In this document: positions 63,596-64,000 of the stretch, piece after piece
How positions within the stretch are numbered: the stretch's first letter is position 1
Layout of the letters: each line of letters begins with the position of its first letter
Source of the DNA: an uncultured Chloroflexia bacterium
GTDB taxonomy: Bacteria > Chloroflexota > Anaerolineae > Anaerolineales > Anaerolineaceae
NCBI GenBank assembly: GCA_963715915.1
Contig: CAVQSU010000006.1
Location: 50,254 to 114,253, forward strand
Direction: 5' to 3'
Length of the DNA: 64,000 bases
The notes under the pieces: model-generated
Told to the model about the DNA's origin: nothing
Database searches by the model: none
The model's input: only the letters and a program-made list of their open reading frames with translations
Made by a program: the position numbers and the translations under genes

Positions 63596-63987
63596 TTATC
63601 TTTGAAGTTGTTTTCATTCTGTTTGGCAATTTTTTTCAATATTCGATTACGTAGAAACCCCGGCAATTCATTGATGGCCAGGTTATAGGAATCTTTTACC
63701 CATTGCAAAATGATTTCTTCAGATATGTCATCATTACCAAGAAAGATTGAAATCCAGTGGGTACGATTCTGATGATAGGCAGGGACAACACCTGCATATT
63801 GTTTAATCAATTGAATTGCCTGATCGGGATTGCATTTCAAACTGACAAAAATTGGGTCAGATTGCCAGGATATATAAGCAAATGCTTTCCCCAATATTTT
63901 ATAAACCATGGTATCCGGACCTTGAGGGAAATCCAGCCTTGATTCTGGCAAGTTAAACAGGTAACTCTTTAATGTATCAAATTCCAT
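63592..63987 (-). CDS. MmcQ/YjbR-family DNA-binding protein
   Basis: The YjbR-type sequence reads L....PE...DFP.GPDT.VYKI.GK.FA......DP..V.LKC.P.....L......V.PAYH.N..HW. It overlaps the ATL gene by 4 nt. Confidence 0.72.
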   Translation of the reverse strand: MEFDTLKSYLFNLPESRLDFPQGPDTMVYKILGKAFAYISWQSDPIFVSLKCNPDQAIQLIKQYAGVVPAYHQNRTHWISIFLGNDDISEEIILQWVKDSYNLAINELPGFLRNRILKKIAKQNENNFKDN

Positions 63988-64000
63988 ATTTTATCCTTTG

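Overview
A 64-kb chromosomal window from an AT-leaning bacterium. The gene content and rRNA look Chloroflexota/Anaerolineae-like, but I cannot confirm that without a database search.

Coding density is high and most genes are housekeeping or metabolic:
- A Zur-type regulated Zn/Mn ABC importer.
- A four-subunit 2-oxoacid:ferredoxin oxidoreductase, divergent from a tungsten-type aldehyde:ferredoxin oxidoreductase (AOR) cluster. That cluster carries a radical-SAM/SPASM maturase and two MoaD-like genes, and is preceded by a good Moco/Tuco riboswitch candidate.
- A thiolase and an SDR.
- A surface-polysaccharide cluster.
- A bactofilin neighbourhood.
- lhgO.
- A dnaB / DnaD-like / DnaC-like replication operon, in which the loader is an internally duplicated (tandem AAA+) protein.
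- A Na+-translocating methylmalonyl/oxaloacetate-type decarboxylase operon.
- A VanW protein.
- A complete rRNA operon (16S, tRNA-Ile, 23S, 5S).
- A split lipoate ligase plus lipA.
- A MarR-linked GH13 gene.
- Glycerate/hydroxypyruvate genes, lactate permease, purB, guaB and menA.
- An alkyltransferase-like (ATL)/YjbR pair.

The most conspicuous global feature is at least 14 frameshifts spread over 9 otherwise well-conserved genes, including guaB. This is either assembly indel error or real gene decay.

I found no CRISPR array, transposase, integrase or recognisable defence island. The candidates most worth follow-up are the riboswitch/tungsten-cofactor cluster, the tandem helicase loader, a four-copy alternating palindromic element at 4.48-4.67 kb, and an orphan terminator/repeat upstream of an atypical response regulator.
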